Source of the DNA: a virus
Virus record (IMG/VR): IMGVR_UViG_3300045988_076504
Location: 32,001-96,000 of that record
Length of the DNA stretch: 64,000 bases
Direction: 5' to 3' (one strand)
Part shown: one piece after another, positions 58,370 through 64,000 of the stretch
Layout: each line of letters begins with the position of its first letter
Position numbering within the stretch: the stretch's first letter is position 1
The notes under the pieces: model-generated
The model's database searches: none
Told to the model about the DNA's origin: nothing
Seen by the model: the letters and a program-made list of their open reading frames with translations, nothing else
Translations under genes and position numbers: made by a program

Positions 58370-60370
58370 AATAATTTATCCTTTTTGATATCGTGTTTGA
58401 TTACACCCACGATAAATTATGTAAAAATTCTCCTCTCAGCTCAGAGAAAGCTATAAATGCATCGTTTGATGCTACTCAAGATTTATTTTATACAGTGTCA
58501 AGTTTCTTTATGACCGCTTTATAAGCGTAAGTCACTATATGTGGATTCCAACGATAGGAATAGCTTAGCCTCATATAGATATATACGACAGACCCGGATC
58601 TCTCACGGAAAGCTTTGAATGACCGGTGTACATCATGTACTAAATCTTATAAGTAAAACTAAATTTTTTGAAATAAAGTTTATATTCATCATCCGTCCAA
58701 CGCTCTAATGTTTCTGGAATCGTGGAGGGTTCATTGGCTGAGATGATGAATATTACCCACAAAAATAAAAAGTGAGAATATCTTCCTTGTGCATTTCCTA
58801 AAACTAAGAAAACATTCTCCGATGCTGTACAGTCTTACGATACTGTTTAGGCGCATCTGCCACTATTCTAAGTACTGTGTAGAATAATCAATACACGTTT
58901 CATTATCGAACAGTCTAGCCTTCAGGGGGTATCTACGACTCTACGGCGGTTATTCGATGGAAAACCTTGCTAAAAACCTTCTTCTATTTATAGTGCACGA
59001 ATATTGGGGATTTCAGCCCCGTACATATGTATATGTTATCACCCACATATTATTTTCACGCCCTACAGAGACAGTGTAGACCGTGGTGGGTTAAGTCTCC
59101 CACAGGCATACGCTTTACGCACTGCTAGTATGATTTCTCATTTTAATAATATGCTGCCTACTATATTTTCTGTACTGATTCTACCTTTCGCTTGACGCAT
59201 ACACTTGCGGATGTATACTTTAGGCTGGTTATCATAACGGTTGGCACTCGAACTTTCAGACCTCGTTACTCCTTATTTACAACATAAGTTTTTCACTATC
59301 TGAGGACATCGATTTTTGTTAAACATGTTACTTTAATACTTAATATGTAGTTTTGTTCCTACACCATAATATCAAAATTTTTCATATACATACTTATGCT
59401 CATAATATATGCACTATTATTATGTACAATAACTATCATTGTTCCTTTCGGTTCTTTTTCTCTGTATAGAGAATAATAGATATTATATATTATATATGAA
59501 CATGTGTATATTATTATTTGATATTTTTATTGGCATTGAGGTAATTGATTACAACTGGAATGCTGCTCTTATTTACTCAATGTATGTTTTTAGAAAGCCC
59601 CTCAAAAACATTAAAACGGCTGGTTTGGCTGTCAAGTAGCCACCTATGATGTCATATTTCATATAATACTAAGATTGCTAATGTCTTGTACTATAATCCT
59701 GTCTTCAGTCCTATGAACGCCGACTCTAGAGGCTGTGCAGCTGCCATACGCACCTAGTCATTTTACTTTTATATACCGCATAAACGACCAAAGCCTGGCG
59801 GTCTTATCTCATTATAAGCGAATAGTTTTCTCAGCCTCAACTCTTTACTGCATCCCTGGACCCTTCTTTGGCTCAAAAGGCTGCTGAATCGAACAGCACA
59901 GATTTATCCCTGGACACTACGTTTACTGCGTAGCTTGGTCTAACTGACAATAATATGATCTGACTCACATATTACCTACCAAGTCCTTCTCTATTCTATC
60001 TTATACCCTAATAAAATTTTCATCCCTTCATACACAGTTTGGACCTGTGGAACACTAGATTAAGCAATGATGTATCACATAGAGGTTGGAAGTCTATGTG
60101 TTCAGCACTTGTATACGGTTACCAATGTAATCCACATCAAAATTACAAAGAGTATTAGCTACCGGTTCATTTTGCTCTTCTTGAGACTTACGCGTCTTCC
60201 TAAGTCGTTATTCGCCAGACGGTTCTCAATAACGCTGTTGGGGTTGATACAACGCTCTCCCCACTTACATATTACTTTTCACATAATATGCATTTCATCC
60301 TACCTTTTGAGTTATCTCGCCTTTTGAGAAGGTTAACATATTCTCGGATCAAGTTTATTTCGTACACGAG
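58370..60370. other. 2.0-kb ORF-free, hairpin-dense region (candidate large ncRNA(s) and/or origin/regulatory region)
   Basis: No ORF over 86 aa in any frame, and stops of all three kinds are frequent, so TAG read-through does not rescue it. Examples of structure: a 12-bp helix 58682-58693/58742-58753, 7-bp stems 58864-58870/58880-58886 and 60076-60082/60094-60100, and the repeat ATCCCTGGAC at 59852 and 59906. An AT-rich core lies at about 59300-59560. Confidence 0.6.
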
Positions 60371-60823
60371 CTAATGAGACTCGTTATATGTACTGACGGA
60401 GGTGTCTTCGACTGAATGATCGTAATCATTCTCTCCCGGAGTGAATATCGTTTCGCAGTCTATGTCTTCAGGGCTAGCTTTCCTTACAACATATTTAGCT
60501 TGAGAATCACTGCAGGTTTGCTCCTCACGAACCTTTGATGAAGCAATATACAATATAGGTACATACAACGTATCATGTACTGCATATGGTACTTTCACCA
60601 CTTTTACATTCTCTTTATGGTTGCACACTTGTGATGTTGTCTCAGGATTGACAGGATCACGTTTCATATGACTCAGCTGGAGATCATATGGCAATTGCCC
60701 TATTACAGGCATCACTGGTGCAGCTTGTATAGTTACACCAGGATCTGCTCTATTGTTTATTCCTACTAATAGGCCGTATAGTAGTAACATTGAGCATGAA
60801 ATAATTGTTGTTAACTTTTTCAT
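60371..60823 (-). CDS. Secreted/membrane-anchored hypothetical protein (terminates with TAG)
   Basis: 150 aa. Signal-peptide-like N-terminus MKKLTTIISCSMLLLYGLLVG. The stop codon is TAG (+ strand CTA at 60371-60373). Confidence 0.7.
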   Translation of the reverse strand: MKKLTTIISCSMLLLYGLLVGINNRADPGVTIQAAPVMPVIGQLPYDLQLSHMKRDPVNPETTSQVCNHKENVKVVKVPYAVHDTLYVPILYIASSKVREEQTCSDSQAKYVVRKASPEDIDCETIFTPGENDYDHSVEDTSVSTYNESH

Positions 60824-61179
60824 TTTGATAATGTGTTAAGCGATAGCTTCTTTCTTTTCATGGTCTACTATTACAGTAATACCATTATGTCTAGGTACCA
60901 TCATCGATACGTCAAGATTATGTGTATAACCTCGGGCGTCTAAATTGTTGATGACTTTTCTAAGCTTTTTCTACTACCGATATGAATTTCTGACATTTTG
61001 ATAATGTTTTTAATTGTTTTAGGAGTTGCGAATGCGTCTTCCAAATTTTGGAATTCCACCTTCATCTAGTTCGACATGCAAAAGATTCTTTATAGATGTA
61101 GCTACTCGTCTACAAGAATCTTTTACATCGTCGACAACTAGTTGAATATGTCTTTTTTTACGAATCTTTCGTAACTCCT

Positions 61180-62613
61180 TTATGCGTTTTTTGAGTCTTC
61201 TTTTTTGGCTTCAGCAGCAGCTTTTGCTTCTGCCTCACGCATCTCCTTAATCTCCTCTGTAGTATACGCTACAAGATCGTGGAGATTAATCTCGGCATAG
61301 GTCTCATCCCGGTCAGCTAACGGCTTGAACATGTTACATATAATGCCAGCATGCTGTACAATATTGTAATCCATGTTCTTAAATCCGCCACGAGCAGAGT
61401 TCGGATAATACTGATCCTTAATGCGGCCATAAATCTTAATGGCTCCAGGATCCTTATCCTTGTCCATCTTCTCAATGAGAGAGCTGACGATCTCTGGATC
61501 CGGATTCGTTACATAGCCCAAGATGTCCTTATAGTGCTGGATAGAGTTCTTGTACTTCTCAGCTACATCCTTATAGTCTTTTGCTTTCTTATCAAGAGCG
61601 TCAAGATTCTTTTGCTCGTCAGCAATAGTATTGTTAGCTACAAGATAAATGATCGCCTTAACGGCGTCAGCAATTGACTGTTCGTCCCATACAGGTTGTC
61701 CTGTCTCAGGGTCTGTAAGAGACTTTCTGAGAATACAGAATGAAGAAATCGGACTCTTGTCGAAAGACGCCATGGTGATAAGACCACGTCCGATACCGTG
61801 AAGAAGAAATGTAGGCTTGACGTATGAGAATGCATCCATCAACCACTGGTCAACAGTATAATCGTCATACTTCAGCTTTGCTTCAGCAGAGTTCTCCGCT
61901 TTATCTGCCATTGTCATGCGATAGGTACGCATGAAATCAACAACACTTACAAGTGTGTTCTTGATATTGGTCTTCTTAGGACCGACAATCAACAGATACT
62001 GAAGAGCCTTTTTGAGATCGTCCTCACTCATAGCTGCCACCTTTACAGGGTCAAGCTCTGGCTGCTCGTCCTCAATCGCATGTTCTTCTGCAAGCTTCTC
62101 CTTTGCCGCCTTGGACACCTTTACCTCTTTGCTGTCAACAGTCACATTACCGTTCTCGTCAACCGGCAACGCCTTAACGTTCGGCAATGTGATACCCATA
62201 TCCTTTGCAGCAACAAGAAGCTGAGGATACATTGTATGGTTAAGAACTGCTGAGAAGGTAGAATTACCATATACTGCCTCATCTGCAATTGCTGCGATAA
62301 CGCCGGCTGCAACGATAGCATTCGCTCCCTCTCTTACCTCTAGCGAGAACTTGCGTTCTGCATCTGGGTCTTTGCGAAAGATATCGTCAGCAAGACACAA
62401 CAGATCTACGCGATGATTTGCATCGAGAGACGACTGGGTACCACCTACAAGATTCTTTGCGTTTATCTGTGAAGGATTTACTTGATCCTTCTTAGGAGGT
62501 TCTACTGTTGTCTCGACTGTTTCTACTACAGCTGCTTCTGCTGGAGCTGCTGCTGGTTTATTTACTTTAGTTGTCTTCTTTTGAGTTTTGTTATTTTTAG
62601 TTTTAGCTGCCAT
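61180..62613 (-). CDS. Hypothetical protein with Lys/Ala-rich termini
   Basis: Intact 477-aa ORF with GC-richer, host-like codon usage. N-terminus MAAKTKNNKTQKKTTKVNKPAAAPAEAA and C-terminus EAEAKAAAEAKKEDSKNA. Confidence 0.8.
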   Translation of the reverse strand: MAAKTKNNKTQKKTTKVNKPAAAPAEAAVVETVETTVEPPKKDQVNPSQINAKNLVGGTQSSLDANHRVDLLCLADDIFRKDPDAERKFSLEVREGANAIVAAGVIAAIADEAVYGNSTFSAVLNHTMYPQLLVAAKDMGITLPNVKALPVDENGNVTVDSKEVKVSKAAKEKLAEEHAIEDEQPELDPVKVAAMSEDDLKKALQYLLIVGPKKTNIKNTLVSVVDFMRTYRMTMADKAENSAEAKLKYDDYTVDQWLMDAFSYVKPTFLLHGIGRGLITMASFDKSPISSFCILRKSLTDPETGQPVWDEQSIADAVKAIIYLVANNTIADEQKNLDALDKKAKDYKDVAEKYKNSIQHYKDILGYVTNPDPEIVSSLIEKMDKDKDPGAIKIYGRIKDQYYPNSARGGFKNMDYNIVQHAGIICNMFKPLADRDETYAEINLHDLVAYTTEEIKEMREAEAKAAAEAKKEDSKNA

Positions 62614-62684
62614 AATTTTGATAATTATTTAAAACGTTAATATATGTTAATTTATAGTTGATGGTCTTGGAATCGTTTTGAAAT

Positions 62685-63056
62685 TCAAGACGAGTCAAAA
62701 ATAAATGGAACTAATCCATCACCATAAAGAGGTGAGAAATTTTGTTCACCACTAAGAGTTGTAGATTCGGTGGTACAATAATGTACAACCGGTGTTTCAC
62801 AAGTAGGAACTACTTCTTCGGTGTTACTAGGTAACAGGAATTGAGCAGTGGGCATACTGCTGTTAAGTGTCAGATCCTGTGAAACACATTCTACGTTACT
62901 CTCCTTATTGTTTCCAATATTGGCTGCAATTGTACCGCCAATAAACCCGCTCATCATTGAGATAAGCAGAATCCAGAATAATTTGTTACTCTTGTTGTAT
63001 CGAGCAAGCAAGAATATAACAACTATTCCTACGAAGAATGTTAGAAGATTTAACAT
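62685..63056 (-). CDS. Membrane protein (two predicted TM segments)
   Basis: 123 aa. Segments LLTFFVGIVVIFLLA and LFWILLISMMSGFIGGTIAANIG. Its start overlaps the sigma-factor stop by 7 nt. Confidence 0.7.
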   Translation of the reverse strand: MLNLLTFFVGIVVIFLLARYNKSNKLFWILLISMMSGFIGGTIAANIGNNKESNVECVSQDLTLNSSMPTAQFLLPSNTEEVVPTCETPVVHYCTTESTTLSGEQNFSPLYGDGLVPFIFDSS

Positions 63057-63610
63057 AGTTTCAGTTGTTTTTTTAGGTTATTGCGAACTCTGTGTAGACA
63101 TGACTTTATAGTTCCCACTGGCACATTTATCGCTTTACTTATTTGAGATACTGTCATACCATTTTCATAGTATAGTTTGACAATTCTTTTGCTATGTTCT
63201 GGTAACTGATCGAATATTTCGACCATATTATCGTATGTCAGAGTAGTATTTTCATCTACAGTACTGGTAACATCTGATAATTGTATACCTGATTCCTTGT
63301 CATCTATTGATATTGCTTTGTTTTTCAACGACCGCAAATAATCAATGGCAGTATTTTTTGTCATTATTCTCAACCATCCTCCGAATGAAGAATAGTCTGT
63401 GAATTTCGAGAGTTTTTGATATATTTTCAAGAATACAATGTTCGACAAGTCTTTAGCCTCATCATAATCATTTATATACTGATATAAAAGATTTATTACA
63501 AAATCTTTATATTTATAATATATCAAATTGAATGCCGATTCTTTACCGGCTTTGGCATCTTTGATTATCCCAATTTCTTCTGGAGTAATTTTGGGTGTTT
63601 TCATAATCAA
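63050..63610 (-). CDS. ECF-type sigma-70 family sigma factor
   Basis: Region 2-like: DEAKDLSNIVFLKIYQKL...FGGWLRIMTKNTAIDYLR. Region 4-like: LPEHSKRIVKLYYENGMTVSQISKAINVPVGTIKSCLHRVRNNLKK. Confidence 0.8.
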   Translation of the reverse strand: MIMKTPKITPEEIGIIKDAKAGKESAFNLIYYKYKDFVINLLYQYINDYDEAKDLSNIVFLKIYQKLSKFTDYSSFGGWLRIMTKNTAIDYLRSLKNKAISIDDKESGIQLSDVTSTVDENTTLTYDNMVEIFDQLPEHSKRIVKLYYENGMTVSQISKAINVPVGTIKSCLHRVRNNLKKQLKLC

Positions 63611-63615
63611 ACAAT

Positions 63616-63993
63616 TTAAAAAGGTAACTCACTTAAGACGATATCTGACAATTCTTTGTTGATATTATCTTTTAGATTTGTAAATATTTGCACATTCTCA
63701 ATGTCTGTCAAGTTGTCTACTTTATTCAACATACTTGCAGCTATACGCAATTTTACGCGAGTTGTAGATTCAGAATCTAGACCAAGATTGAGTATAATAT
63801 TTCTATTTACCCAGTTTAACCATTCTTTGAGAGATTTATTTGACAAACATCGTTGTCTACTAAACGGAAAAATGCAGACAGAGCTGTCGTAGATAAAATA
63901 TCTATACGCCCATGCTACTTTACGTACCGTATTATATTTCTCTCTTAATGTGTCTTGGTCTAGATAACGTATGAAAGGACCATCAAACAACAT
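63616..63993 (-). CDS. Hypothetical protein
   Basis: Intact 125-aa ORF with ATG at 63993-63991 and a TAA stop. Confidence 0.6.
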   Translation of the reverse strand: MLFDGPFIRYLDQDTLREKYNTVRKVAWAYRYFIYDSSVCIFPFSRQRCLSNKSLKEWLNWVNRNIILNLGLDSESTTRVKLRIAASMLNKVDNLTDIENVQIFTNLKDNINKELSDIVLSELPF

Positions 63994-64000
63994 AATTCGA

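Noticed and set aside
59004-60327. Three short + strand ORFs (59004-59195, 59439-59639, 60067-60327) as genes within the coding desert.
   Set aside because: They are short and have odd composition. They have no coupled neighbours, run opposite to every other gene in the module, and overlap obvious RNA-type helices.
58370-60370. A group II intron, retron or DGR template as the explanation for the 2-kb non-coding region.
   Set aside because: There is no reverse transcriptase ORF nearby. I found no GUGYG 5' end or domain-V-like (AGC...GAAA...) hairpin, and no long template/variable repeat pair. This is only an eye scan, so it has weak negative value.
60838-61018. Tiny - strand ORFs (13-31 aa), each preceded by the TTATCAAAATG-like leader that also precedes the 60823 start (a looser version precedes the 62613 start).
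   Set aside because: They are too short to support from sequence alone. One needs TAG read-through within the standard-code module. The shared leader motif is noted but not called as a feature.
1-64000. CRISPR arrays, integrases or transposases, rRNA genes, and long direct or inverted repeats.
   Set aside because: I saw no repeat-spacer periodicity, no recombinase-like ORF and no rRNA-like sequence. The only mobile element supported is the group I intron with its homing endonuclease.

Overview
This window reads as a segment of a crAss-like (Crassvirales-type) Bacteroidota podophage, organised as two convergent modules. Positions 1-46215 on the + strand hold a late module: a tail-fibre cassette, a lysis cassette (GH24 endolysin, holin, spanin-like protein), tail and virion proteins, and two giant virion proteins. 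One of the giant proteins carries an RNA-polymerase-like DFDID catalytic motif. Positions 46271-63993 on the - strand hold a replication/early module. It encodes PD-(D/E)XK nucleases, a Toprim primase, an SSB, an AAA_24 ATPase, a DnaB-like helicase, a family B DNA polymerase, an ECF-type sigma factor and one tRNA-Leu(UAA). The two modules meet at a bidirectional terminator near 46.26 kb. The main observation is that the + strand module only makes sense if TAG is read as a sense codon, most likely Gln. The short ORFs in the supplied track are collinear same-frame fragments separated only by TAG, and every merged gene ends in TAA or TGA. The - strand module is intact under the standard code, and two of its genes terminate with TAG. 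Other notable items: a group I intron with a LAGLIDADG homing endonuclease sits inside the DFDID motif, with P1 and P10 pairings visible. A NADAR domain and an ART-like polyvalent-protein domain lie next to each other in the giant virion proteins. A 2.0-kb ORF-free, GC-richer, hairpin-dense region lies at 58.4-60.4 kb. Several structured tRNA-like elements occur, but I found no canonical CUA-anticodon suppressor tRNA. All calls come from reading the sequence by eye and from remembered family motifs. No database search was run.
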